Source of the DNA: a virus
Lineage: Duplodnaviria; Caudoviricetes
Reading direction: 5' to 3' (one strand)
DNA length: 36,078 nt
Virus record (IMG/VR): IMGVR_UViG_3300028712_000007
Location: 1 to 36,078 of that record
Positions 1 to 8,713 of the stretch are shown one piece after another. Position 1 is the first letter of the stretch; every line of letters begins with the position of its first letter. Made by a program: the position numbers and the translations under genes. The notes below the pieces were generated by a model. That model did no database searches and had not been told where the DNA came from. It saw only the letters and a program-made list of their open reading frames with translations.

Positions 1-810
1 CATGGCCTCGGGGCCGGTGCTCGCGACGAGGAGTTCCTTCGGAGTCTCCCGCTTGAACGCCATGAGGCTGTGCTGTTCGCGAATGTGCTGACCCCGTGCC
101 TGCGCGGCCTGGTACTGGCCGAGCGAGAACGAGCCGATGCGGCGGTCGAGCATCCTGCCCGCGTCGAGCCAGTCGAGTCCGGCGTGGTCCGCGTAGCCGA
201 GCGCGTCGCTTGTCGCGTAGGCCACGTCGCGCATCGAGCGGTCGGCGGTCTGCGGCTGGCGCTGGCGCTTCGGCGCGTTGCGGTTCGCGGAGCGGAGGTT
301 GATCGCCAGACGGCCTCGCGGCTGTGTGGTGCCTGCGGCGGTGACGACCTCGGCGGCTTCGTCGGCGGGAGCGTCGGCGCTGTCGTCCGCATCCTCGTCG
401 TCGGCGTCCTCGTCGTCCTCGTCGGTGTCCTCGTCCTCCTCGTCGCCGCTGTCTCCGGCGTCAGGGGTGGACTCGGTGGACATCGCGGGGCGGGCGCGGG
501 CGGCAAGCGCGGCGGCGGCTTCACGCCGCTCGTTCGCGGCTTCCTCGCGGCGGGCCTGCTCGGCGGCGAGCGCTTCGATGCCGGTGGTGAGGTCACCGAG
601 CGTGGCGTAGTCGGCGTCGCTGAGCGCGGCGGTGCCGTCGCCGTAGATCGTGTCGAACGCCTCGTCGGCGCGGGCGGCAAGGGCCGCGACCTCGTCGTCG
701 GTGAGCGTCGTCAGGTCTTCGGGAATGACCAGTGCGTCGTCCGCCTGGTCGGCGTAGCACGTGGCGAGAGTGATGAGCGTCCGGCTGGACCGGCGCGAGA
801 TGGTTGCCAT
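1..810 (-). CDS. Major capsid protein, N-terminal part (runs off window), with scaffold-like acidic/coiled-coil N-terminus
   Basis: Not in the ORF track because it has no stop in the window. ATG at 810 with GGAGG RBS; open to position 1 (MATISRRSSRTL...IPEDLTTLTDDEVAALAARADEAFD...EEDEDTDEDDED...). Lies downstream of the capsid protease in head-gene order. Confidence 0.7.
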   Translation of the reverse strand, partial: MATISRRSSRTLITLATCYADQADDALVIPEDLTTLTDDEVAALAARADEAFDTIYGDGTAALSDADYATLGDLTTGIEALAAEQARREEAANERREAAAALAARARPAMSTESTPDAGDSGDEEDEDTDEDDEDADDEDADDSADAPADEAAEVVTAAGTTQPRGRLAINLRSANRNAPKRQRQPQTADRSMRDVAYATSDALGYADHAGLDWLDAGRMLDRRIGSFSLGQYQAAQARGQHIREQHSLMAFKRETPKELLVASTGPEAM

Positions 811-938
811 GATGGGCCTCCGGGTCGGGGTGAACAAAGAGTCACGCCAAGGCCCGATCCGCCATCTGGTTCACGGCGAGCATAGCGCGCCGCCCGGACT
901 TCGCATAGAGCGCTGTCCGGGCGGCGAGTCTGCTGTGT

Positions 939-1211
939 TCAGGCGGGCTGTATGTCGCCGCCTCCTGAGCGCATCCGTTCGGCACGCGCTTCGAGCAACG
1001 AGCCGAACGACTGCGTGCGGCCATCGGCGGTGCGGAGAGCGAACGACTGTTGCCCGCCCTGCTCCACCGGACGCGCCGGGCCGATGCGCGATGTCGAGTG
1101 ATTTGCCGCCCGTTGCGCCTGCGCGTCAGCGGCGGTCTGCGCCGCCTGGCGTGAGCCGGTCGTCATCCCGGCAGGGGGCGTCTGCCGAGCGTTCGTCCCG
1201 CAGTTGCACAT
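939..1211 (-). CDS. Small hypothetical protein (MCNCG N-terminus) between protease and capsid genes
   Basis: 90 aa ORF, GGAAGGA RBS, fills the gap between protease and capsid genes. Confidence 0.7.
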   Translation of the reverse strand: MCNCGTNARQTPPAGMTTGSRQAAQTAADAQAQRAANHSTSRIGPARPVEQGGQQSFALRTADGRTQSFGSLLEARAERMRSGGGDIQPA

Positions 1212-1214
1212 ACG

Positions 1215-2690
1215 TCAATACTTCCTTCCACTACGGCGGGCGAACGCCGCCACCTTGACTCGGTTCCGGCGAGCCGCGAGGCTCGTGAGTTCTGCCCGCT
1301 TCTCGCGGTCGATGAAGGCCCGCAGGTAGGCGAGGTCGCCGTGCGACAGCGTGCTCGCAGTCTCGGCGCTGACCGGCACGATGATGCCGCTCGCAACCAG
1401 GCTGACCAGGTTGCCGCCCGCGACCATGCCCGCAGGGCGGGGCACGCCGAAGCCGGGTACGTTCACGCTCAGCGCCGCGACCAGTTCCAGCGCGAAGCCC
1501 ACCCGCCGCCAGTCGCCGGACAGCGGGGCCGCGCGGAACTCGCGCACCTGCTCGGGCGTCAGGTTCGACCGCATCCCGCCTGCGACGGCGATGCCGAAGC
1601 CGTCCTCGTAGGCGCGCACGTCTGCCGCGACGGTGCCGGTGTTGTCGTAGTGGCTCAGGGTTGCCGCAGGGCCGAGGTCATCCTTCGCGTGGCCGGTTGC
1701 CATCGTCAGGTGGCCGACGCTGACAAGGTCGCCCTCCTTGGTTTCGAGCGCGCCGGTGTGGAACCAGGAGTAGCCGCTGGGGCTGTTCGGCGGCGACACG
1801 CACTGCCCGCCTGCCGCGTGCGACAGGTGGCACGTGCCCCACAGCGCCAGGTGACCGTAGACGCGCCCATCCGGGGTGATGGTGAGCGCCGTGGGTTCGC
1901 TGAGATGCGGGTCAGCGAACCACGCGGCGGGCGGGTGGATCGGGGCGCTGGCGGCAAGGAGCGCGTCGGCCTCGGCCTGCGCGACAGCGTTGCGCACCGG
2001 GTCGCCGGACACATCGACCACGGCCAGTTCATCACTGCCTGCGGGGCTGGCGTCGTCGTCGTCCTCGGGGCCTTCCACGATGCCGATGCGGGCATTGGCG
2101 AAGGCGGGGATCGCCACGATGGTCGCGGAGCGGATGCGCGCGTTGGTCGTGAGCATGATTTCGTCGTCGCTGTTGATCGTCACGACGGTGACGGTGCCGT
2201 CCTCGTTCGGGGTCGGAACCTCGATGTCGCCGTCCTCCTCCATGACAGCGTTCATCGCCTCGACCAGTTCAGCGGCCACGCGAATCTCGAACGACACGTC
2301 ATCGAGGTCCATCGAGACACCGTTCTGGCGCGCTTCCTTCACCATGCGGTACGCCTCGCGGCCCTCCTCGGAGGCCATGTCGAAGTCGCCCTCGCCCCAG
2401 ATGACGCCGCCCTCGCGCCGCTCGATGAGGTCGAAGTTGCCCACCGTGACAGCGCCGTCGTGCAGGCCCACGTCCTGTGCGACGTAGCGGATCGGCGGGC
2501 GGTTGTCGGCGGAGACTTCCCAGCGCAGTGCGCCGCCCTGGATGCCGCGTCCGTCGCCGGTGAGTTCGTCCTCCATGCCGATAGGCCCGGCCCACCGCGC
2601 CGTGGCGGGGAAGTCGAGGCCAGGGGCGATGGTGTCAGGCTCGGCAACGGCGAGCGCGTACTTCGTGATGTCCCGCCGACGTGTGCTCAT
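1215..2690 (-). CDS. Capsid maturation protease
   Basis: 491 aa; TGDGR...HDGA...GVSMDLD...ATIVAIPAF prohead-protease-like motifs; C-terminal GRVYGHLALWGTCH...LSGDWR...LSVNVPGF domain typical of actinophage protease fusions; upstream of the capsid gene. Confidence 0.8.
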   Translation of the reverse strand: MSTRRRDITKYALAVAEPDTIAPGLDFPATARWAGPIGMEDELTGDGRGIQGGALRWEVSADNRPPIRYVAQDVGLHDGAVTVGNFDLIERREGGVIWGEGDFDMASEEGREAYRMVKEARQNGVSMDLDDVSFEIRVAAELVEAMNAVMEEDGDIEVPTPNEDGTVTVVTINSDDEIMLTTNARIRSATIVAIPAFANARIGIVEGPEDDDDASPAGSDELAVVDVSGDPVRNAVAQAEADALLAASAPIHPPAAWFADPHLSEPTALTITPDGRVYGHLALWGTCHLSHAAGGQCVSPPNSPSGYSWFHTGALETKEGDLVSVGHLTMATGHAKDDLGPAATLSHYDNTGTVAADVRAYEDGFGIAVAGGMRSNLTPEQVREFRAAPLSGDWRRVGFALELVAALSVNVPGFGVPRPAGMVAGGNLVSLVASGIIVPVSAETASTLSHGDLAYLRAFIDREKRAELTSLAARRNRVKVAAFARRSGRKY

Positions 2691-2743
2691 GGGGCACAGA
2701 CTACCGGCAGGCCCGGACCAGGGCTAGGATGCCCTGTCTACGG

Positions 2744-2779
2744 CTTCGCCCCCCGGTTCGGGAATGCCGGGGGGCGAAG
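2744..2779 (-). terminator. GC-rich hairpin, probable terminator closing the accessory island
   Basis: 13-bp inverted repeat CTTCGCCCCCCGG/CCGGGGGGCGAAG just after the stop at 2786; no clear U-tract. Confidence 0.6.
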
Positions 2780-2785
2780 GCTTGT

Positions 2786-3091
2786 CTAGCGACTGGAACT
2801 AGTCGCTACGTGCGCGGGGTCGTTCTTGCGCAGGCGCATGTGGCGGTTGAACTCCATGTCAACAATCGCCTGGCCGCTCGCGGTGTAGTACCACGTGCAG
2901 TGCGGGCACCGGATCGAGTACAGCGGGCGGCGGTACTTCTTCCAGCCCAGGAGCACGTTCATCTCGTGCGCGTAATCGCTGACGCTGGTGCCCTCGTTCA
3001 GTTCGACGGTGCTGTCCCGCCAGGAGGACTCACCGCCCTCGGGGTCGTCGCGGACCTGAATCTTCCAGGGGTGCCGCAGGGGGACGCTCAC
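2786..3091 (-). CDS. Hypothetical protein with CPHC...H zinc-finger-like C-terminus
   Basis: GTG start at 3091 overlaps the upstream stop (GTGA); 101 aa. Confidence 0.65.
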   Translation of the reverse strand: MSVPLRHPWKIQVRDDPEGGESSWRDSTVELNEGTSVSDYAHEMNVLLGWKKYRRPLYSIRCPHCTWYYTASGQAIVDMEFNRHMRLRKNDPAHVATSSSR

Positions 3092-3534
3092 GTGAGCACG
3101 TCCAGCGGGGGAATCTCGATCAGGCGAACCGCCTGCTGGACGAAGCCGGGGTCGATGTCGGCCAGCGGGTTGTGCGGGTAGCCCTCCTCGGCCCAGCACC
3201 TGTGGCAGAGGCCGACCTGCACCAGCAGGCGCGACCACTCCATGAGGTCCATCGGGTTCTGGATCGTGGCGTGCCCGGCGTCAACATCGTGCCCGATGCC
3301 GAACAGTGCGACGTTCAGCCCTGCGGGGTGATACTCGCGGCACTTGTCACAGGTGTAGTCCTCCTCGGGGGCCTTCGAGCGGGCGAACGAGTAGGACACC
3401 GAGAGGTTCGAGTGCCCCTCGTAGAACTGCTTGAGCGCCATCAGGCCAACGTCGCTCGACATGGCGATGGCTAGTTTCTCGGTCATCCACGGGGTCGTGG
3501 CGGGCAGGCCCTCGGCGGCTTGGTAGTGGGTCAT
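3088..3534 (-). CDS. Hypothetical protein with CxxC...CxxC
   Basis: 148 aa, TAATG coupling to the upstream gene. Confidence 0.7.
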   Translation of the reverse strand: MTHYQAAEGLPATTPWMTEKLAIAMSSDVGLMALKQFYEGHSNLSVSYSFARSKAPEEDYTCDKCREYHPAGLNVALFGIGHDVDAGHATIQNPMDLMEWSRLLVQVGLCHRCWAEEGYPHNPLADIDPGFVQQAVRLIEIPPLDVLT

Positions 3535-3725
3535 TACACACCTGCCCGGATGATGATGTCGTCCACGATGTCGAGGTCGAGCGGGGTGTCGATGTTGAGC
3601 GGGGTGACGGCGGTCACCTTGGCGATTGCTTCGCGCAGGCGGTAGACGACGTTCGTGGCGTCGATGTCAGCCGGGCGACCGACGAGCATCGCGACGCAGG
3701 CTTCGCGGAGAGTGAGAGTGTCCAA
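3534..3725 (-). CDS. Hypothetical protein
   Basis: TTG start at 3725 with AGGAAGGA RBS; 63 aa. Confidence 0.6.
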   Translation of the reverse strand: MDTLTLREACVAMLVGRPADIDATNVVYRLREAIAKVTAVTPLNIDTPLDLDIVDDIIIRAGV

Positions 3726-3736
3726 GGGGTTCCTTC

Positions 3737-3982
3737 CTAGGCGGTGATCGTGAGGGCCGAGCCGACCTTCACGTAGATGTCGTTGAACTTGCCGGGCTTC
3801 TTGGCCTTGACCTTGAACGAGACGGTGCCGTTGTTCCAGGCGTGCGCGGCGGGCTTGCCCCACGCGGTGACCGGCGTGTAGCCGTTGACGGCGACTGCGC
3901 CCCCCTTGACCATTGCGACGTTGATCGCGTCGGCCAGTGCGAGGGAGTTGTGCGCGGTGACAACTGCGGTGATGGAGGTCAT
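3737..3982 (-). CDS. Hypothetical protein
   Basis: 81 aa, GAAAGGC RBS, directly downstream of repeat promoter copy 1. Confidence 0.75.
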   Translation of the reverse strand: MTSITAVVTAHNSLALADAINVAMVKGGAVAVNGYTPVTAWGKPAAHAWNNGTVSFKVKAKKPGKFNDIYVKVGSALTITA

Positions 3983-3999
3983 GCGGTGCCTTTCGTGTC

Positions 4000-4058
4000 G
4001 GTTTGGCTTGTACTAATAGTTTAGCATCTGGCGGACCCCCCTCCTAATCCTGGTTAGT
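4000..4058 (-). promoter_or_regulatory. Composite promoter/operator repeat, copy 1
   Basis: + strand GGTTTGGCTTGTACTAATAGTTTAGCATC then CCTAATCCTGGTTAGT; minus strand gives TGC-TAAACT extended -10. Confidence 0.8.
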
Positions 4059-4236
4059 GGAGATTCCGCACCACCTGCCAGTACTTGCCGTGGCTGTCGA
4101 GCACCGCGACGAGCGCGCCGTCGCGGCGAATCTTGGACGCCAGGCCGAACTCGCTGTGGTTGTACTGCGCCTCGGCCTTGGCCTGGGCGAGCGTGTCGCG
4201 GGCTGAGATGCGGTTGTCGCACTCGATGTAGAACAT
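4054..4236 (-). CDS. Hypothetical protein
   Basis: ATG at 4236 with GAAAGGC RBS; 60 aa MFYIECDNR... Confidence 0.7.
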   Translation of the reverse strand: MFYIECDNRISARDTLAQAKAEAQYNHSEFGLASKIRRDGALVAVLDSHGKYWQVVRNLH

Positions 4237-4256
4237 GGGGGCCTTTCGGGGTGGGG

Positions 4257-4284
4257 GAATCAGGGGGGTTGCCCCCCCTGATTC
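4257..4284. terminator. Intergenic hairpin GAATCAGGGGGG-TTGC-CCCCCCTGATTC
   Basis: 12-bp perfect inverted repeat between two co-oriented genes. Confidence 0.55.
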
Positions 4285-4286
4285 GG

Positions 4287-4778
4287 CTAGAGGCGAGCGG
4301 CGCAGACCGGGCCGATGCCCGCCGCGACGCTCTCGGGGTCGGTGAGCAGGCGGGCGCACACGACGCACCGGCCAGTCTTGACGCCCATCTCTGCGGCCTG
4401 TTCCAGCGTGAGCCGGGTGGCCGACTTGAGCAGGCGCATCGCGCCCGGGGCGTACTCGTAGCCGGTGTCGCCGAACACCTTGGCGTACAGGTTGCCGGAT
4501 GACTTGCTGGCCTGCACCTTGTAGATCAGGCCCTCGACGTAGAAGTAGCCCTCACCGAGAACGTTGCCGTCCTCGTGGACTGCGGGCTTGCGGGGCGCGG
4601 CGAACAGCGCGTCGATGTAGGTGGACGCCTTGGCGCGGTCCAGGTAGGGGTCGCGGGCAAGCGACTCGAAGGTTTCCGGGGTGACGCGCTCGGCCAGCAG
4701 GCGGGCGATGAGGGCGACCTGCTTCTCGCTGGCCGGGGCGACGGTCGCGTTGCGCGGGGCTGAGATGTAAGCGGACAT
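4287..4778 (-). CDS. DUF6011-like zinc-binding protein
   Basis: C-terminal CVVCARLLTDPESVAAGIGPVC signature; N-terminal ASEKQ motif. Confidence 0.75.
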   Translation of the reverse strand: MSAYISAPRNATVAPASEKQVALIARLLAERVTPETFESLARDPYLDRAKASTYIDALFAAPRKPAVHEDGNVLGEGYFYVEGLIYKVQASKSSGNLYAKVFGDTGYEYAPGAMRLLKSATRLTLEQAAEMGVKTGRCVVCARLLTDPESVAAGIGPVCAARL

Positions 4779-4798
4779 AGGGTGCCTTTCGGGCTATC

Positions 4799-4857
4799 GG
4801 TTTGGCTTGTACTAATAGTTTAGCATCTCAGCCAGACAGAACCTAATCCGGGTTAGG
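4799..4857 (-). promoter_or_regulatory. Composite promoter/operator repeat, copy 2
   Basis: Identical 29-bp core plus perfect CCTAA-TCCGGG-TTAGG. Confidence 0.8.
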
Positions 4858-4957
4858 GTTCCTCGCTGTGCGTTCGCTGTCAAGCCGGGTGCGGCGCGAA
4901 CCCTGCGCCCCTAGCCTCGTTCCGGTCGCCCAGACAATGCGGCCAGGAGAGGACGCC

Positions 4958-5140
4958 ATGACCAAGCAGAGCCAGAACCAGAACCGCACGCCGGACGAGC
5001 AGAACGAGCAGGACGCGGACGAAGCGCGCCGCCGACTGGTCGAGGACACTCAGCCCACCGACCAGCAGGGCCGGACCCAGCGGCAGGGCCAGCGAGGCCA
5101 GACCCAGCAGATGGACGAGGACACCCCCAGCGTGCAGTAG
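4958..5140 (+). CDS. Small hydrophilic Gln/Asp/Arg-rich protein; the only convincing + strand gene
   Basis: AGGAGAGG RBS, ATG at 4958, 60 aa, occupies an otherwise empty gap. Confidence 0.6.
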   Translation: MTKQSQNQNRTPDEQNEQDADEARRRLVEDTQPTDQQGRTQRQGQRGQTQQMDEDTPSVQ

Positions 5141-5187
5141 CAGGCGACCCCCGCCTGCGAGCGGGCCGGGCACTCCCCCCGGCCCGC

Positions 5188-5469
5188 TCACTCGGGGGCC
5201 GGGGGCCGCAGGCGCTCCTCGATGTCCTGCCAGCGGGCGAAGGCCCTGCGGGTGCCCCGGACGTAGATCGCCACGATGCCCGCGTCGAAAGCGGCACCGA
5301 GCCACGACCACGGCGAGCCGTGCATCGCGAGCCACACGTTCCAGCCGCCCAGCCCCGTGAACAGCATCGCCAGCGAGCCGTAGAAGTACAGGTCGCGCCG
5401 GTGCCACTTCCGCATGTGTTCGAGGTACGGGGTGGTGGGGTTGGCGGGCAGGTGCCCCCGGTCACGCAT
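5188..5469 (-). CDS. Small membrane protein with two predicted TM helices
   Basis: Hydrophobic segments LYFYGSLAMLFTGLGGW and WSWLGAAFDAGIVAIYV; start uncertain. Confidence 0.6.
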   Translation of the reverse strand: MRDRGHLPANPTTPYLEHMRKWHRRDLYFYGSLAMLFTGLGGWNVWLAMHGSPWSWLGAAFDAGIVAIYVRGTRRAFARWQDIEERLRPPAPE

Positions 5470-5698
5470 CCTGATGCGCCGCCTCCCAGTCGCGCCTGTC
5501 GGCGTGCGCAGGGCACAACCACTGACCGTCGCGCGTCGTATAGGCGGGGTCACCGCAGGCCGAGCCGTGCCCGATGCCCTGCGTGCAGGCGTGGTCGGTG
5601 CGGAGGCGGGGTTCCGCCTGCACCGGCGCGTCGGCTAGGTGCGCTTGTGCCGTCCAGTCGTCGCCCAGGGCTGAGCGCTTGACGATGCCCCACTTCAT
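5462..5698 (-). CDS. Hypothetical protein (C...C...CxxH)
   Basis: ATG at 5698 overlaps the upstream stop (ATGA); GAAGGAG RBS. Confidence 0.6.
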   Translation of the reverse strand: MKWGIVKRSALGDDWTAQAHLADAPVQAEPRLRTDHACTQGIGHGSACGDPAYTTRDGQWLCPAHADRRDWEAAHQDA

Positions 5699-6081
5699 GA
5701 GTTCTCCTTCGGGTTGCAGTAGAGGGTCGCGTGATCCATCGCGAGGAAGTTCAGCCGGTCCAGGGTGTTGTCGCCCTGGTCGCCGGTGCCGAGGCCGTCG
5801 CGCACATCGCCGCTGACGGTGCGGTCGCACGTGTCGCAGACGAGGCCGACCCAGCCCGGGTAGAACAGCACCAGCCGGAACTTCTCGGGGTCATACAGCG
5901 GCGTCGGCACTTCGCGCCATTCGAGTTTCGCCTCGGGGAAGAACGTGCGGCTGGTGCCGTTCGGGTGCGTGATGCGCACCTTGTCGCCGTCCCGCTCGAC
6001 GCTCGTGGCGACGTTCCAGGTGTTGCCGAAGCGGTACTGCCGCCCCGGGGTGAGCATCTTCGCGCGACACATCGTGGTCAT
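5695..6081 (-). CDS. Hypothetical protein
   Basis: ~128 aa with CDTC motif; start uncertain. Confidence 0.65.
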   Translation of the reverse strand: MTTMCRAKMLTPGRQYRFGNTWNVATSVERDGDKVRITHPNGTSRTFFPEAKLEWREVPTPLYDPEKFRLVLFYPGWVGLVCDTCDRTVSGDVRDGLGTGDQGDNTLDRLNFLAMDHATLYCNPKENS

Positions 6082-6095
6082 GGCTTGTTCCGCAT

Positions 6096-6338
6096 CTATT
6101 CGGGCACCCACGAGAAGTAGAACCTCGGGGAGTGCGTGAATAGAAGCGTGCCCTTCTGGCCGGTGGCCTTGCGGGTGGCCGTGACGAACGGGGCCATGAA
6201 GCCGGTGATGTCGAAGTCGAGCCGCACAGCGGACGAGTCCCAGACCTCCCGCCCGGCGTCGAGTTCCTGCTGGACAAGGTGCGGTGTCTCCACGATCAGC
6301 GCACGGCGCACTGCCTCGGTGGGGTCGATGTCGGTCAT
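6096..6338 (-). CDS. Hypothetical protein
   Basis: 80 aa, AAGGAGG RBS. Confidence 0.75.
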   Translation of the reverse strand: MTDIDPTEAVRRALIVETPHLVQQELDAGREVWDSSAVRLDFDITGFMAPFVTATRKATGQKGTLLFTHSPRFYFSWVPE

Positions 6339-6499
6339 GCGGCCTCCTTCATTTCGCCTGCGTAGGCAAGGGTGATGCCGTCGCGCTCGATGGTTGCGAA
6401 CGGCTGGGTGAGAGCGAACGCCAGGGCGGCGTCGTAGGAGAGGAAGTCGGTAGTGACCTGCTCATCGGAGAGGGTGCCTTCGGTGACGACGGTGAACAT
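6335..6499 (-). CDS. Hypothetical protein (54 aa, below ORF-track cutoff)
   Basis: MFTVVTEGTLSDEQVTTDFLSYDAALAFA...; overlaps both neighbours (TGATG/ATGA). Confidence 0.65.
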   Translation of the reverse strand: MFTVVTEGTLSDEQVTTDFLSYDAALAFALTQPFATIERDGITLAYAGEMKEAA

Positions 6500-6786
6500 C
6501 AGACCACCTCGTATGCGGTAGTGATCTGCTCGGCGGTCGCGCCCTGCGCCATTGCCTGGTTGAGCAGGACATCGACCTTCGCGGACAGCGTGGCAATCTC
6601 GAAGGGGGCCTGCGTGCCGAGCGGCCCGTAGCCGAGGCCGGAGCCTGCCACGCGGTTGCCGCTTTCGAGCGCGACGACTGCGCGGGTCGCGTCGTCAATC
6701 ACGCGGTTCAGGGACGTGCGGAGTTCGCGAGTCGCGTTGGACAGGTCGCGGAGGGTGGAGTCGAGGACTGCGATGGAGTGAGTCAA
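6499..6786 (-). CDS. Hypothetical protein
   Basis: TTG start, GAAAGGC RBS, downstream of repeat copy 3. Confidence 0.75.
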   Translation of the reverse strand: MTHSIAVLDSTLRDLSNATRELRTSLNRVIDDATRAVVALESGNRVAGSGLGYGPLGTQAPFEIATLSAKVDVLLNQAMAQGATAEQITTAYEVV

Positions 6787-6803
6787 GGGGTGCCTTTCGT
6801 AAT

Positions 6804-6862
6804 GGTTTGGCTTGTACTAATAGTTTAGCATCTGGGCCGACCCCCTCCTAATCGGCGTTAGG
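6804..6862 (-). promoter_or_regulatory. Composite promoter/operator repeat, copy 3
   Basis: Identical 29-bp core plus perfect CCTAA-TCGGCG-TTAGG. Confidence 0.8.
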
Positions 6863-6864
6863 GG

Positions 6865-6972
6865 TCAGTCACCGCACTTCGGGCATCCGTCGATGGGGCC
6901 GGGGTGCCAGTAGCCGGATGCGGTCACGTGCCCTGCGGCGGGGATGCCGGGGTACACCGGCCAGGCGTTCAC
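6865..6972 (-). CDS. Tiny hypothetical protein (35 aa, CPKC)
   Basis: GTGA overlap with the upstream stop, GGGAGG RBS, fills the gap. Confidence 0.45.
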   Translation of the reverse strand: MNAWPVYPGIPAAGHVTASGYWHPGPIDGCPKCGD

Positions 6973-7241
6973 ACGCCCCTCCCCAGGCTGTTGCGGGCGT
7001 ACTCGGGGAAGCGCTCGGGGTGGCGCACGAGGATGACCGTGGAGCGGTACATGCCGGTCGCGGCGACGATGGCCTCGACCGACGCGCCCTTGTCCATGAC
7101 CTCGTTCAACTTGACGTTCCGCTTGCGGCTGAGGAACCGCAGGGTGTCGGGGTCGGCGGTCATCTCGACCTCGTGGGCGAGTTCCGCCAGTTCGTAGATG
7201 CCGGTGCCCTCCTGCGTGGTGGTGCCTGATCCAGATGTCAT
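6969..7241 (-). CDS. Helix-turn-helix protein
   Basis: ATG at 7241; GASVEAIVAATGMYRSTV HTH pattern. Confidence 0.65.
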   Translation of the reverse strand: MTSGSGTTTQEGTGIYELAELAHEVEMTADPDTLRFLSRKRNVKLNEVMDKGASVEAIVAATGMYRSTVILVRHPERFPEYARNSLGRGV

Positions 7242-7507
7242 GCGGTCACCAGGGCCTTCTCTGCGGCGAACACGTCGAGCAGGTGCTTCGCGGTGTTGAA
7301 CGCGCGGAACGCCTCGACGGAGCGCGGGCCGCAGAACTGCCGGTCGTACTCGGTGCAGTCGGCGTCGTCGGCCACGGCCTTGATCGCCTGCAACTCGGCT
7401 ACGGCGTCGGCCATGATGCGGTTGAGGTACTGCGGTGCGGAGCCGAAGGCATCGGCGCGCCAGGCGGCGGCATGGATTGCCTCGGGGGCGAACTCGGACT
7501 TGAACAT
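7238..7507 (-). CDS. Hypothetical protein
   Basis: 89 aa, GAAAGGC RBS. Confidence 0.7.
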   Translation of the reverse strand: MFKSEFAPEAIHAAAWRADAFGSAPQYLNRIMADAVAELQAIKAVADDADCTEYDRQFCGPRSVEAFRAFNTAKHLLDVFAAEKALVTA

Positions 7508-7560
7508 GGGTGCCTTTCGTGGGGGTGAGAGGCCCGCCCGGCGAGGGGCGGGCCTGCGGG

Positions 7561-7878
7561 TTAGAAGGAGGGGTCGCGGTAGTCGTCCTTGACGCCGACG
7601 AGCAGGTGCGTAGCACCGCGCTCCATCGGCTGTCCCTTGACGATCCAGCGCCCGTTCTTGCGGAGGGTCCAGGTGCGGTACTCGGGGGAGTCATCGAACA
7701 CCATCTCGGCACCGTTCCACGTCCAGCCCTTGACGGCCTTGCCGTCCCAGGTGAGAACCGTCTTGCCGTTCTCGCTGACGTGCGTGATCTTGGTGCTAAC
7801 GCGGTCGGTGACGTAGCAGACGGTTGCGTCCATGCCGACCTCGGGGGCGGTTGCGGTGACGAAGAATGCGTTGAGCAT
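7561..7878 (-). CDS. Hypothetical phage protein
   Basis: 105 aa, PEVGMDATVCYVTDR...TLRKNGRW...YRDPSF; downstream of repeat copy 4. Confidence 0.75.
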   Translation of the reverse strand: MLNAFFVTATAPEVGMDATVCYVTDRVSTKITHVSENGKTVLTWDGKAVKGWTWNGAEMVFDDSPEYRTWTLRKNGRWIVKGQPMERGATHLLVGVKDDYRDPSF

Positions 7879-7895
7879 GAGGGGCCTTTCTAGGC

Positions 7896-7945
7896 GGTTT
7901 GGCTTACACTAATAGTCTAGCATCTGCCGCGAGAGTCCTCCTACG
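7896..7945 (-). promoter_or_regulatory. Composite promoter repeat, copy 4 (degenerate palindrome)
   Basis: GGTTTGGCTTACACTAATAGTCTAGCATC; only a CCTAC half-site. Confidence 0.75.
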
Positions 7946-7948
7946 GGA

Positions 7949-8239
7949 TCACCAGGGTTCGCACCCCTCGTCCATGCGGGCTTCGCGCTCGGTGGTGTGG
8001 TCGATGGAACAGCCCGGGGTGCTTCGCTCGCACGCCTCGCTCTCCTCCCGATCCCAGGCGGTGATCCGCTGACGCACGTCGCCTTCGCGCAGATCATCCA
8101 CGGTGGTGCAGATCGGGATGCCGTGCCGGATGACGTGGACGAGCAGGCGCGGCTCGGGGTGAGCGGGGGTTCGCACGTAGGCGGGGCCTCCCGCTTTCAG
8201 GCGGGCAGTCTCGGCGTGCCAGGGGGTGCGGTGTTCCAT
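7949..8239 (-). CDS. Hypothetical protein
   Basis: ATG at 8239 (TGATG coupling), GAGAGGA RBS; CERSTPGCSIDH...CEPW motif. Confidence 0.65.
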   Translation of the reverse strand: MEHRTPWHAETARLKAGGPAYVRTPAHPEPRLLVHVIRHGIPICTTVDDLREGDVRQRITAWDREESEACERSTPGCSIDHTTEREARMDEGCEPW

Positions 8240-8697
8240 CAGGTGTCCTCTCGGTTGGTTTCGCTGTTGGCGCGGGGCAGGGTCTTGGCACCGGGGCGAC
8301 CTTCGTTCAGGCCGAGCGCCGCCGCAGTGCCCTTCCACATCGGCCCGTGCCCGCCGTTGCCGCGCTTGCCCTGCCGGGACATCTCAGCCCCGGTGATGGC
8401 GTGCGCGCACTCGTGGGCGATGACGTGCGCCAGCGATGTCGTCCACCAGGCGGTGACGAACTGCTTGCGGTAGCGGATGCGCCGGATCGACCAGTAGCAA
8501 TCGCCGTGGCGCTGGTGCGCCTGCGGCGGCAGTGCTTCCACGACCCACGTGCTCGGGTTCGGGACGCCGTGCATCCTGAGCATGGAGTGGGTTGCGGTCT
8601 TGACCGCTTGCCACTTGCGGGCGTCGGTCGCGTCGGCGGGGATGGTGCGGAGATAGGCGAGAACGTCATCGACGTTGCGCAGGCGGGGACGGCCCAT
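8239..8697 (-). CDS. SprT-like zinc metalloprotease
   Basis: VIAHECAHA (HExxH) followed by GHGPMWK, the SprT-family pattern. Confidence 0.75.
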   Translation of the reverse strand: MGRPRLRNVDDVLAYLRTIPADATDARKWQAVKTATHSMLRMHGVPNPSTWVVEALPPQAHQRHGDCYWSIRRIRYRKQFVTAWWTTSLAHVIAHECAHAITGAEMSRQGKRGNGGHGPMWKGTAAALGLNEGRPGAKTLPRANSETNREDT

Positions 8698-8713
8698 GTT
8701 GCCCTTCGGGGTT

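Noticed and set aside
385-450. TCGTCG/TCCTCG tandem micro-repeats
   Set aside because: They simply encode the Asp/Glu-rich linker of the capsid protein N-terminus.
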